IMG/VR virus record: IMGVR_UViG_3300010354_000070
Coordinates: 6,807 to 70,806 of that record
DNA length: 64,000 nt
Reading direction: 5' to 3' (one strand)
DNA from: a virus
Each line of letters starts with the position of its first letter. Position 1 is the first letter of the stretch. This document shows, piece after piece, positions 17,421 through 26,703 of this stretch. The notes beneath the pieces are model-generated. The model saw nothing but the letters and a program-made list of their open reading frames with translations. It had not been told where the DNA came from and ran no database searches. The translations under genes were made by a program, and so were the position numbers.

Positions 17421-17966
17421 TTATAACCTTTTTCCTTCGTTATTTGAAATGTTGTATATTGTGTATTTAAAAGTTACCTCCGCTGTAAAATATTGAATAT
17501 CAGTTTGAGTTGCATCAAATTCTAAAGAACTTAATGAAACTGGAAATAAATCTTTAAAATTAATTTTACGAAAAGGATTAAAATTGCTATTTAAAATATG
17601 AAGAGTTCCATCACTATATGCAGATTTAGGATCTTGCTCTCCATTTTCTGTAGTAATTAAATCTTTATATTGTTTTGTTGTTTCTGGAAATCCAAGACCA
17701 GTAATCCAATTATGAATTATCATATAATTTTCCATATTTTCATCTACAAGAAATCTTAAAGTAAAATCGCCATAACTTGGTTTTGTTCCAGGAATATCTA
17801 AATCCTTTAAATAATTATCCTGAATGACTGTGGTTAAAGTGATTTCCGGTATTCTTGCTGAATTACAAAAAAATCCCACCTTAGGTTCTTTTGCTAAAGT
17901 AAATTTAAAACCAACTGGTGATAAAAAATTTCTATTTTGTATTTGATTTGCAAATGGGGATGCCAT
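17421..17966 (-). CDS. gp3: Tail tube terminator / tail completion protein
   Basis: NRNFLSPVGFKF...FLVDENMENY...FKDLFPVSLSSLEF; located between gp23 and uvsY. Confidence 0.88.
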   Translation of the reverse strand: MASPFANQIQNRNFLSPVGFKFTLAKEPKVGFFCNSARIPEITLTTVIQDNYLKDLDIPGTKPSYGDFTLRFLVDENMENYMIIHNWITGLGFPETTKQYKDLITTENGEQDPKSAYSDGTLHILNSNFNPFRKINFKDLFPVSLSSLEFDATQTDIQYFTAEVTFKYTIYNISNNEGKRL

Positions 17967-17988
17967 TAATTTTTATTTTTATTTAGAT

Positions 17989-18015
17989 AAAAAAAGAGGG
18001 GATTTCTCCCCTCTC
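17989..18015 (-). terminator. Rho-independent terminator after gp23
   Basis: AGAGGGGA-GAAA-TCCCCTCT followed by a T-run. Confidence 0.9.
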
Positions 18016-18043
18016 TATTTGAATTATAATTAACTTATAATCA

Positions 18044-19459
18044 TCACATTAGGTTTTGTACTCTAACTCTTCTATAGTACACGTTAGCGTTAGTAGTAAG
18101 AGCACCTTGACCCTGTTCTAGACCCTGAGCGAATGGATTGGCAACCATTCCATAACGGGTCTTAAATCCAATTTTGGGTTGGAAAGTATTCTCACCAACG
18201 GCACGTACCATCTGGAGAGGTACATAAGGGCAATAGAAAATACCAGCGTCATAAGGACTTGAACCCTTATAACCAACAACATAGAACTGATTAGCAGCTA
18301 CGTTTGCGGAATATGGGTCAATATAGACACGATACTTACCCTGAAGAACACCAGCAAAAGTATTGCCAGTATCATCAACGTTGAGATTTGCATTTAGAGC
18401 AGGAGTATAATCGAGAACTCCAGCCATTGTAAGTGCAGAAGCAACGTCAGCAGAGCAAAGGATCATATTACCCTTCCCTCTACGAGTTTGCTGGGCGATT
18501 GCGTTGGCATCTCGCTCGATTTGGAAGATTAAACCTTTGAACTTTTCTACAGACCAACGACCGTTGGAGTCAACATCAAGGTCAAAAGTACCAGCAGTAG
18601 CAGTGTTTGCTTGGGCACCAGGCTTAGCAACCTTATAGATGGTACGGATGACTTCACGGTTGATTTCAGCAAGAATTTCAGTGCTGAGGATATTTGCTAA
18701 CTCAGCTTCTGCATTTAGACCGTGAATTGCCTTGAGGTCCTGAGCGAGTTCTAATGAATACTCAGCCTTGAGGGCACGTGACTTAGCAGTTACAGTTACT
18801 TTCTCGATTGAGAATGCCATCTGGTTGAAGTGATCACTTTCACCTAAACCTTCGGCATATTCAGTTCCCATTCCCTGACCAACGTTATAGGCATTTTCGC
18901 CAGAAACGTTGTTTGATTGACCCCAAGGAACTGTTGGATCGAGAACTCCGGGATTGCTGCCTTTTTGGGCAGTTGTTCCCATACCTACGGTTCCACCAGC
19001 ACCTACTCTTGATGCATCAAAAGTGCTACTCTGACCAGAGAATGCTGAATCAACTTCGTTATAGAAGGTTTCAGCACCAGTCATGTTCTTATAGCGAGAA
19101 CGCATTGCGAAGATCAGTCCAGTAGGACCATTCATTGGTTGAACGCCGCAAAGATCATAAGCGATCAAATTGGGCATTGAACGGCGGATAAGGCTGATAA
19201 GAACTGGATCAAAACCAGCGGTAGGACCACCAGCAAGTGATGCAGCACCAGAAAATCCGGCGACACCACCAGAAGAATTGGTGCTAACAGTAGGAGCTTC
19301 AAAAAGGAACTCACGCTCTTCACGGAGAGTTCTTTCTTGGTTTTCTAGCAGGATTGCGGTTACAGCTCTGCGATGTGAATCTTTGATAGGATCAAGACCT
19401 TCGTAATCCAGGAGCGGGGACCACTTCTCCTGCAATTGTTCTGTATTGAACATTTGCAT
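18044..19459 (-). CDS. gp23: Major capsid protein
   Basis: FDPVLISLIRR, GVQPMNGPTGLIFAMR, SRALKAEYSLELAQDLKAIHGL, YCPYVPLQM. Confidence 0.99.
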   Translation of the reverse strand: MQMFNTEQLQEKWSPLLDYEGLDPIKDSHRRAVTAILLENQERTLREEREFLFEAPTVSTNSSGGVAGFSGAASLAGGPTAGFDPVLISLIRRSMPNLIAYDLCGVQPMNGPTGLIFAMRSRYKNMTGAETFYNEVDSAFSGQSSTFDASRVGAGGTVGMGTTAQKGSNPGVLDPTVPWGQSNNVSGENAYNVGQGMGTEYAEGLGESDHFNQMAFSIEKVTVTAKSRALKAEYSLELAQDLKAIHGLNAEAELANILSTEILAEINREVIRTIYKVAKPGAQANTATAGTFDLDVDSNGRWSVEKFKGLIFQIERDANAIAQQTRRGKGNMILCSADVASALTMAGVLDYTPALNANLNVDDTGNTFAGVLQGKYRVYIDPYSANVAANQFYVVGYKGSSPYDAGIFYCPYVPLQMVRAVGENTFQPKIGFKTRYGMVANPFAQGLEQGQGALTTNANVYYRRVRVQNLM

Positions 19460-19506
19460 TTTTTTTACCTCTTTAAGAAATTTAAGTTTGATTTATGATT
19501 TTGAAA

Positions 19507-20688
19507 TCACTTTTTAGAAACTCTTGAAAGTGTCTGAAGATAAGCATTCATAGTATCACTAACTGGTTGTGACATATAAACATCAGTTTCTTCTGACAAA
19601 TTTTCAACAGTATTTCTATGAGTTACAACGTCTCTTTGGGGAAAATATGATTCCTTTAGAGTTAGAAGTTTCTCACGATAGTTGTCTTCACTATCAAACT
19701 CAACATTTTCAGCAAGAGAAGCGAGTTTATCCTTCTGAGAAAGTGCGAGACCCTCAGCGACATCGGCAAAGATTACATCAGCAACCGACTCTGCTAATCT
19801 TTTGTTAAGAGCAACGTTTCTATGAATTTGCTCGTTGAGTTTTTCTTCCATTTCATCAAGTTTATCTACCATACTCTCGATAACATCATATCTATCTTCA
19901 GGGATTGTTACATAATGATCTTCAAAAAGTTGCTTCATTCCAGTAAGGAATGATTCGGTCATTTCAGTTTTAAGACCGTGCTCAACTGCAAGTGCATTCT
20001 CTTGAATCCACTCGTCAGCAACATACTCAAGATATGCATCAACACGATCTACAAGGCTTTCTTTGATTGCTTCGATTTCTTCTAATAATGCTTGCTCGTA
20101 AGAAGACTCAAGTTCTTCTTTAATTTCAGAAACTTTAGAACGAATAGCGGATTCAAAAATTGTGCGTGCTTTTTCTTGGAACTCTTCAGAGAGTTCTTCA
20201 CCAGCAAGAAGAGCATTGACATCTTCTTCAATGTCAAATTCTTCTTCCATTTCTTTCTTTTTCTTAGAGTGCTTTTTACCACCCTCTTCCTCTTCTTCTT
20301 CCTCTTCTTCTTCCTCTTCTTCTTCCTTTTCTTCAGCGGCTTCTAAAAGTTCATCTTCATCTTCATCATGTTCTGCATCTTCTTTTACTCCTTGACCCGG
20401 AGTAGCAACAGGAGTTGCCGAAGTATGTGGAGTTTCGGCAGCAGCTGCCTTTGCATTTACAACATCTCTTACTTGAGCAAGAGTTGCTCCTGGAGTTTTA
20501 AGTGCTGCAGAATCGTCATCGGGACGATAATTTTCGGGTGTTGGACCTCCGAGATCTTCCCAAGCACCAGTTTGCCCTGGAATCATAACCCCAGAAGCAT
20601 TTTGAGTGATGTTGTGCATTGGTTCGGCAGGTGCAGCCCCTTTGGTTACTACGTTTTCCATTTCTTGTAAATTTCTACCAACGGACAT
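19507..20688 (-). CDS. gp22: Prohead core scaffold protein
   Basis: LSEEFQEKARTIFE...VDAYLEYVADEW; acidic coiled coil between gp21 and gp23. Confidence 0.93.
   Translation of the reverse strand: MSVGRNLQEMENVVTKGAAPAEPMHNITQNASGVMIPGQTGAWEDLGGPTPENYRPDDDSAALKTPGATLAQVRDVVNAKAAAAETPHTSATPVATPGQGVKEDAEHDEDEDELLEAAEEKEEEEEEEEEEEEEEGGKKHSKKKKEMEEEFDIEEDVNALLAGEELSEEFQEKARTIFESAIRSKVSEIKEELESSYEQALLEEIEAIKESLVDRVDAYLEYVADEWIQENALAVEHGLKTEMTESFLTGMKQLFEDHYVTIPEDRYDVIESMVDKLDEMEEKLNEQIHRNVALNKRLAESVADVIFADVAEGLALSQKDKLASLAENVEFDSEDNYREKLLTLKESYFPQRDVVTHRNTVENLSEETDVYMSQPVSDTMNAYLQTLSRVSKK
20284..20335. repeat. GAA/GAG trinucleotide tract encoding poly-Glu in gp22
   Basis: Run of tcttcc/tcttct repeats on the plus strand; EEKEEEEEEEEEEEEEE in the protein. 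Confidence 0.85.
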
Positions 20689-20717
20689 TTTAGAATTATT
20701 GTGTTATAATCTATATT

Positions 20718-20725
20718 TATTTATA
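20718..20725 (-). promoter_or_regulatory. T4-type late promoter for gp22-gp23
   Basis: TATAAATA consensus. Confidence 0.8.
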
Positions 20726-20727
20726 AT

Positions 20728-21378
20728 TTATAAATTTGAAAGAAATTCTTGAAACAATTGAACTTTATGTTCTTCAAGAATTTTTTGATCTACTAATGTA
20801 TTAATTTTACGCTTTGTAGATTCAACAAGTTTTTCACGAAGAATTCCACCATCCCAGCACCATTCTTTTCCTTCAAATATTCCTTGAACAAAAGCATCGG
20901 GAGCAGAAGGATCGGCAACAATATCAGCAGCAGTAGCAAGCATAAAATCTTCACCAACAATTTTATGACCTTCATTAGTCATTTTAAGAGAACCAACACC
21001 ACGAGAAGAAACTCCCAAGCAAACTCCTTCATTGATAAGTGCTTTCGCAATTTTACCCATAGGAGTTTCTAAAAGCTGTGCTTTTCCAATAAAATTAGAT
21101 CCTTCACATCTTAAGGATATAATTTTATGAGAAACACGATCTAAATTTACAGTTGGTCCATCTGGATGTCCCAATTCACCAAGAGCACGACCTTTATTAA
21201 TAAAAGATTCAGTATATCTCTTTACCTCACGAGAAAGTGTTGGTAAAGGATACATTCTTCCATTACGATTACAAATATCACCTTGAAGAAAAATTCCTTC
21301 AATAAACGTTTTTTTCTCAGGTCCTTTACCTTCAGTAATAAACTTTACTTTTTGAGCTTCTTCTGTGATGAGTTTCAT
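20728..21378 (-). CDS. gp21: Prohead protease
   Basis: NRNGRMY, ALGELGHP, GVSSRGVGS, DIVADPSAPDAFV. Confidence 0.97.
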   Translation of the reverse strand: MKLITEEAQKVKFITEGKGPEKKTFIEGIFLQGDICNRNGRMYPLPTLSREVKRYTESFINKGRALGELGHPDGPTVNLDRVSHKIISLRCEGSNFIGKAQLLETPMGKIAKALINEGVCLGVSSRGVGSLKMTNEGHKIVGEDFMLATAADIVADPSAPDAFVQGIFEGKEWCWDGGILREKLVESTKRKINTLVDQKILEEHKVQLFQEFLSNL

Positions 21379-21380
21379 TT

Positions 21381-21923
21381 TTATTCGGATACTAGAGTAA
21401 CTACTTCTGAAATATTAAAAAATGTACTTGGATTATAAGTTAAACAAGAAACTTTTACACTTTTATAAGCACTTGCACCTGAAACATTCGGTGAAATTGC
21501 CGAAGAACTATCAAAATCAACTGTAATTGATGTATCATCATATGCGACAATTGATTTATGTGTAGTATTAATTCCTGCTGTTGCTGCACCTTCAATTGTT
21601 ATATAATCTGTTACTACAAATGGATTTCCCGCATTTTTATCAAAAATTAATTTTGTAGTAGTTCCAGTGACAATTCCAGCAATCACTTGTCTCTTCATAA
21701 TTTCTTTAATAATATCTTCATTATAAGATTGAATATGAAAATTGTCTTGAGTGGCAACTGGATTTGTTCCAATTGCAATATGTCCATCAGATGAACCTAA
21801 AGTAGATCCAATAGTGATTCTCAAATAACCACTTTTAAGTGCAATAGGAACACTGGTTGCAGCAATACCAACTGACGGAGAAATTCTAGGAATACTTGTG
21901 TCTTGAACTATTTTTATTGCCAT
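21381..21923 (-). CDS. Hypothetical virion-associated protein
   Basis: 180 aa beta-rich ORF in the head operon. Confidence 0.65.
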   Translation of the reverse strand: MAIKIVQDTSIPRISPSVGIAATSVPIALKSGYLRITIGSTLGSSDGHIAIGTNPVATQDNFHIQSYNEDIIKEIMKRQVIAGIVTGTTTKLIFDKNAGNPFVVTDYITIEGAATAGINTTHKSIVAYDDTSITVDFDSSSAISPNVSGASAYKSVKVSCLTYNPSTFFNISEVVTLVSE

Positions 21924-22075
21924 TATTCTGCATCTCCATCAAACATCAGGGAAGCGACTTCGGGACGAACATAATCTACTTTTTCAAGAGCTTTGGTATA
22001 AAGTAATTGTTTAATACTATCGGAAATATCAGAAGCTGAACCATCAGTTGCAATTAAATCAATAAGTTCTTCCAT
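21923..22075 (-). CDS. Small acidic protein, positional gp67-like prohead core protein (not in ORF track)
   Basis: MEELIDLIATDGSASDISDSIKQLLYTKALEKVDYVRPEVASLMFDGDAE; tandem TATAAATA at 22089-22096 and 22101-22108. Confidence 0.7.
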   Translation of the reverse strand: MEELIDLIATDGSASDISDSIKQLLYTKALEKVDYVRPEVASLMFDGDAE

Positions 22076-22119
22076 AAAGATTAATCTATATTTATAAGAT
22101 TATTTATAGTATTTGAAAA

Positions 22120-23823
22120 TTAAATTTTTCCACCTTTAGGTTCAATCGACACTTCTGGTGCTTCTGGTGCTAATTGATCTTCAGGAATTTCTCCAAGAGC
22201 TGGTTGTTCTCCGACTGCACCTTCTGGTGGTGAAGATTGATCTTGTGGAATGGGATTTCCCATTTCATCAGTTGGTGCGTTTGGATCTGGTAAAATACCT
22301 TTTTGAATCTCATCCTCAATTTGATTATCAATTTCAATAATTTCCGAATCAGTTTGACGAAGAATTTTTTTGCGAACATATTCTGTAGAATAATATTTGC
22401 CAATATATGGTTCTATTGTTGTGGCAAGAGTAAGACGATTGGTGAGGAGTTCTCCTTCCTTCAACTCCGCAAAATGATTATCATAAAGAAAATCATATTG
22501 AATATGATCTTCCATTACTTCCCAATCTTCTGGAGTTACTACATTCTTCAACAAAAGTTGAGTGCGAAGCATATCATTAAACAATTGAGAAAATCTTTTT
22601 CTCAATCTTCCTACAAACTTAGAAAACTTAAGTTCATCTCTCAATATTTCTGATGATCTTCCGAGATTAAATCCATCTCCCCCACCAGCAATTCTTGATT
22701 CTGGAACACCTAAAGCTCTATATAATTTCTTTTGAAAATATTCAATGTCTGAAAGTTCTCCAAGATTTTGTCCTCCAGGTAATGTTGTGATTTCTGTTCC
22801 TCTACCACCTTCACGACGAGGAAGCCAAAAATCTTCAAGCATTGACATAAATTTGCGGTCATCACGAACTTCACCTGTATTTGCGTCATAAACAAGTTTG
22901 TTTCTATAACGAGACATAACTTCTTTAAGATATTGCTCGGCTTTTACTTTAGGTAAATTGCCAACGTCAATATAGAAAATACGACGTTCTGGGGCTCTTG
23001 ATAATCTATAAATTACAAGGGAATCTTCAATCATTCTCAATTGATTGAGTGCTTTAATTGCTTTATGAAGATATGATAAGACGGTTCCTTTATTTCTATC
23101 TACAAGTCCGGAAGTACAATAAGTGATTGAATCTTTCGCAATTTTTATAGACCCCTTTGCTGCTCCAGTAAGAGCACCTGACATTGGATAATTTGGCATT
23201 GGAGAATATATGAAATATTCTTCAATGTCACTATAACTCAGTTCTGTATTTGTAAGATTTGCATTGGCAGTGAGTCTGCTTACTATCGGTTCGCCATTTT
23301 TTCCATTTGTTTTCACTTCCTGTCTCACATGTTTCATCTTCATTGGATCAATATATCTTAATTCTTTGATCCCCTCATGAGGTTTTTTAATATCAATTAC
23401 TTTTAAGTAATAAAGTCTTCCATCAACATACCAATTTCTAAAAATTTCATGGCATTTGCGATCAAAATCCATCATTTCTTTGATGGATTTGAATTCATCA
23501 CGGATAATTTGCTTTAACTTATCACTTGCATTCAAATTTGACAATTCAATTTCTACTGGAGAATCATATAAATCACTTACAAGTGCTTCATTGACAACAT
23601 CTTCTATTGCAGAATCACACTCTGGATGCAGTGCCATTTCCCTATAACGACGCATCAAGTCAAATTCAGTTCTATAGACACCTTCAATATCTACATATTG
23701 ACCGTAAAATCCTGACTGAATAAAATAATCAACCCCGTCCTCATTAGTTTGAGGCACGGGGGAAATTATTGACTTAGATTTTTTTTCCTTATCCTCAATT
23801 GAAAAACCAAAAAGTTTTGCCAT
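22120..23823 (-). CDS. gp20: Portal vertex protein
   Basis: WYVDGRLYY, LRMIEDSLVIYRLSRAPERRIFYIDVGNLPK, EDFWLPRREGGRGTEI. Confidence 0.99.
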   Translation of the reverse strand: MAKLFGFSIEDKEKKSKSIISPVPQTNEDGVDYFIQSGFYGQYVDIEGVYRTEFDLMRRYREMALHPECDSAIEDVVNEALVSDLYDSPVEIELSNLNASDKLKQIIRDEFKSIKEMMDFDRKCHEIFRNWYVDGRLYYLKVIDIKKPHEGIKELRYIDPMKMKHVRQEVKTNGKNGEPIVSRLTANANLTNTELSYSDIEEYFIYSPMPNYPMSGALTGAAKGSIKIAKDSITYCTSGLVDRNKGTVLSYLHKAIKALNQLRMIEDSLVIYRLSRAPERRIFYIDVGNLPKVKAEQYLKEVMSRYRNKLVYDANTGEVRDDRKFMSMLEDFWLPRREGGRGTEITTLPGGQNLGELSDIEYFQKKLYRALGVPESRIAGGGDGFNLGRSSEILRDELKFSKFVGRLRKRFSQLFNDMLRTQLLLKNVVTPEDWEVMEDHIQYDFLYDNHFAELKEGELLTNRLTLATTIEPYIGKYYSTEYVRKKILRQTDSEIIEIDNQIEDEIQKGILPDPNAPTDEMGNPIPQDQSSPPEGAVGEQPALGEIPEDQLAPEAPEVSIEPKGGKI

Positions 23824-23854
23824 ATTATAAAATTTAAACTTGCTGTTAATTTAT

Positions 23855-24445
23855 TTAGTTAATATCAATACCACCAGCAACAGCAGCATTGCCTTTAACT
23901 GCTTCCCACCAAAGAACTTGCATTTCTACAGTAAATTCTTCAATTCCTTCAGTATCATATGAAAGATTAATTGGACTAATTTGAGTTGGGAATATATCAT
24001 AAAAATGATAAGCTCTTAAAGTTTCACCACTACGATCTAATTGATATGCAAAAGCATCTGCATGATAAAGAGCTGGATTTGTGACACCAGTATTATCCGA
24101 TACACGGTTAATTTTATTCATCCAGTTTTCAAAAGCAGAACGAAGAGCAAAATCGGTATCGTTAATAACTGTAATAGTCCAACTATCAAAAGTTCTATCT
24201 CCAGCTACTTGCAGAGTTCTTCCTCTAAAAGCAACGGGAAGTGCAGCTACATTTGAAGCAGGAAGATTCGCAGTTTTAATCAAAAATCTCAATTTATCTA
24301 AAATTGTAGCATCAACTTTTGCCACATCTGGGAATGATAAAACAATTTCAAAAAGATTACTTCTTGTGCCACCACCTGTTAGCCTACTTTTGAAATCAGT
24401 AATCTTCCTCAAAGGAGGTGGATTAAATTGTGTTCTAGTTGCCAT
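23855..24445 (-). CDS. gp19: Tail tube protein
   Basis: GGTRSNLF...FRGRTLQVAGDRTFDSWTITVINDTDF...FPTQISPINLSY. Confidence 0.96.
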   Translation of the reverse strand: MATRTQFNPPPLRKITDFKSRLTGGGTRSNLFEIVLSFPDVAKVDATILDKLRFLIKTANLPASNVAALPVAFRGRTLQVAGDRTFDSWTITVINDTDFALRSAFENWMNKINRVSDNTGVTNPALYHADAFAYQLDRSGETLRAYHFYDIFPTQISPINLSYDTEGIEEFTVEMQVLWWEAVKGNAAVAGGIDIN

Positions 24446-24464
24446 AATTTTTTAAACCTCTAAA

Positions 24465-26627
24465 TTAAAAGTTACCGATTACTTCTTGGAAATCAACGCC
24501 AGTCTTAGTAGCGATGAAGGTCAGTCCAATGAAGTTAATTGACCTTGCTGGTTTGATGTAGATATCAGCAACAAATTCATTACTGTCAATTACAGCAGCT
24601 GTGTTATTTGTTTCATCACAAACAACAACATAATCAAAAATTCCTCTCTTTGCTTGAACATCCCTTAGGAAAGGCTCAATAGTATTTACAAAATTTGTTC
24701 TTGTAATTTCATCATTAAATTCAAATAAGATATCCTTAGCAGCTGCAGAAATTGCTTCTTCAAGATATAGGAATAGGCGACGAACATTAATTCTATCAAA
24801 TGCTGATGCTTTTCCGTATCCGGTTTTGTCACCAAATAGGATAATGCCAGCTCCTGGTGAAAATACAACAGGATTAATTCTGTTGCTGTAAAGACGATCT
24901 CTTTGTGTCTTAGTTGGATTGTAAGGAAGTTTAACTGCGTTTAAAATTGCACCTCTACTTGTTCCTGCTGGGGAATACCATGGGAAACTATTAATATCTG
25001 TACGAGCACAAAGACCAGCAATATCACCATTTAATGGAACATATCTAAATGTATTACTAAATCTATCATACATGTACTTATATCCAGAATCAAATACGGC
25101 ATAAGTTGTTGAAGCAATAGATGAGAAGTAACTGATTATATTTGTTGTAATTTCCTCAGCGGAATTTACGCTCACCGCAGTTTGAGATGAGGTATTAGTA
25201 AGTATAGAACCTCTATATGGAGAAATAAATGCAATAGCATCTTTTCTTAATTCAGCAACTGAAATCAATCTATTTGCAAGTTCTTGTGCGGTTTCTTTTG
25301 TATAGTTTGCCGATCCCATTAATAGAAAATCAATTTGGAAATTTTCCGTGCTTTCAAACAAATCATAACCAGCTGCCAAAGCACCAACAGTAGCAGTTAA
25401 TGCACCAGATGTTGCAATGTTAGTTTGACCATTATAATTTACTCCCCCACTTAAAGTATAAGTATTAGATCCAGCAGCACCAAATATAATATTTTCAATT
25501 GGCTGATCCCAACCAATATCTGATACTAAATCGAATTCACCAGAATCAAATCCTGTAGTAACTACTCCTACTGGCTCACTTCCCCCAAAAATATATCTCG
25601 AATTTTCGGCAAGATATTTTCTCCAATAAGAAACAGAACCAACAGAGTATAAAGCATCACTACCCTTAGAAAGACTTAAATGCTTTTCTAAAATTGTTCC
25701 TGCATTACCAGTTATTGTTCCTGCATCATCAAATACAACAACATGAAGTTCATCAAATCTAGATCCTCTTGCTGCAGCATATTCGGAAGTTCCGGGTCTC
25801 GGAGCAACATTATCCCAAGAAATAGTTGTTCCTGAAAGAGAAATGGTTTGCTCGTTAAACCAATCCAGTTCAGTTGAATATGACCTTGTTGTAAAAGCAG
25901 TTCCTACTGCGTTGGTGTGAATGCCAAGAGATCCAGTTTCAACAAATGAATAATTACCATTTTGTTGATAATCTACTGTTACTTCTGTTCCTGCGGATGA
26001 AACTCTACTAAGAACTTTAACTTCAATACTACTTACACCAATTCCAGTTACAATACCCTTTAAATAATGTGAATTAAGTGAAAGTGCAGCACCACTCGTA
26101 GAATCTGTTTTTCCACTTAAAGATTGTGTTACCCCATATCCAACAGAAATTACAGAAGTGTCAATTCCGCTCAAAATTTGATCTGCCTTTCCATCAATTA
26201 TTGCAACTTTTACCCCATTTCCCCAAGATCCTGGATTTCTAGTTGCAAAAGTAACACCAGTAATAGTGTTTTCATCATAACCAAGTTGAAGATAATGGTC
26301 AAAACTTTTAATTTTTACACTTGAAGCGGCACCTACAAAAGCATTTCTTAAATCTGCATCATCTGCTCTTACAACCATTAAATTTCCACCATACGCTAAG
26401 TATGATGATGCTGTCAACCAAGTCTCATATTGACTATCTATGGTGTATGACTGACCAAAAGTTTGTAGTAAATCATTTTCATTTTCAACTAAAGTTGGTT
26501 CTTCTATGGGTCCCTGAGCAAAAGGTCCTACAATTGCACCGGTAATATTAAAAGAAGGACCAACTCTTCCCAATGTTAAATCAATTTCCCTTACTACAAT
26601 TCCAGGAGATGCTAAATTTAGCGGCAT
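24465..26627 (-). CDS. gp18: Tail sheath protein
   Basis: LASPGIVVREIDLT, PWYSPAG, FDRINVRRLF, IKPARSINFI. Confidence 0.98.
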   Translation of the reverse strand: MPLNLASPGIVVREIDLTLGRVGPSFNITGAIVGPFAQGPIEEPTLVENENDLLQTFGQSYTIDSQYETWLTASSYLAYGGNLMVVRADDADLRNAFVGAASSVKIKSFDHYLQLGYDENTITGVTFATRNPGSWGNGVKVAIIDGKADQILSGIDTSVISVGYGVTQSLSGKTDSTSGAALSLNSHYLKGIVTGIGVSSIEVKVLSRVSSAGTEVTVDYQQNGNYSFVETGSLGIHTNAVGTAFTTRSYSTELDWFNEQTISLSGTTISWDNVAPRPGTSEYAAARGSRFDELHVVVFDDAGTITGNAGTILEKHLSLSKGSDALYSVGSVSYWRKYLAENSRYIFGGSEPVGVVTTGFDSGEFDLVSDIGWDQPIENIIFGAAGSNTYTLSGGVNYNGQTNIATSGALTATVGALAAGYDLFESTENFQIDFLLMGSANYTKETAQELANRLISVAELRKDAIAFISPYRGSILTNTSSQTAVSVNSAEEITTNIISYFSSIASTTYAVFDSGYKYMYDRFSNTFRYVPLNGDIAGLCARTDINSFPWYSPAGTSRGAILNAVKLPYNPTKTQRDRLYSNRINPVVFSPGAGIILFGDKTGYGKASAFDRINVRRLFLYLEEAISAAAKDILFEFNDEITRTNFVNTIEPFLRDVQAKRGIFDYVVVCDETNNTAAVIDSNEFVADIYIKPARSINFIGLTFIATKTGVDFQEVIGNF

Positions 26628-26662
26628 CTTTATTCTCCTACAAATCCAGAATTATCTAAAAG

Positions 26663-26670
26663 TATTTATA
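26663..26670 (-). promoter_or_regulatory. T4-type late promoter for gp18
   Basis: TATAAATA. Confidence 0.8.
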
Positions 26671-26703
26671 AATTCTACTTTTTTATCAATTACTTATATT
26701 TAA

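Noticed and set aside
20284-20335. Poly-Glu tract as a phase-variable repeat
   Set aside because: It is an in-frame mixed GAA/GAG run in an acidic scaffold protein, so length changes would not switch the frame.
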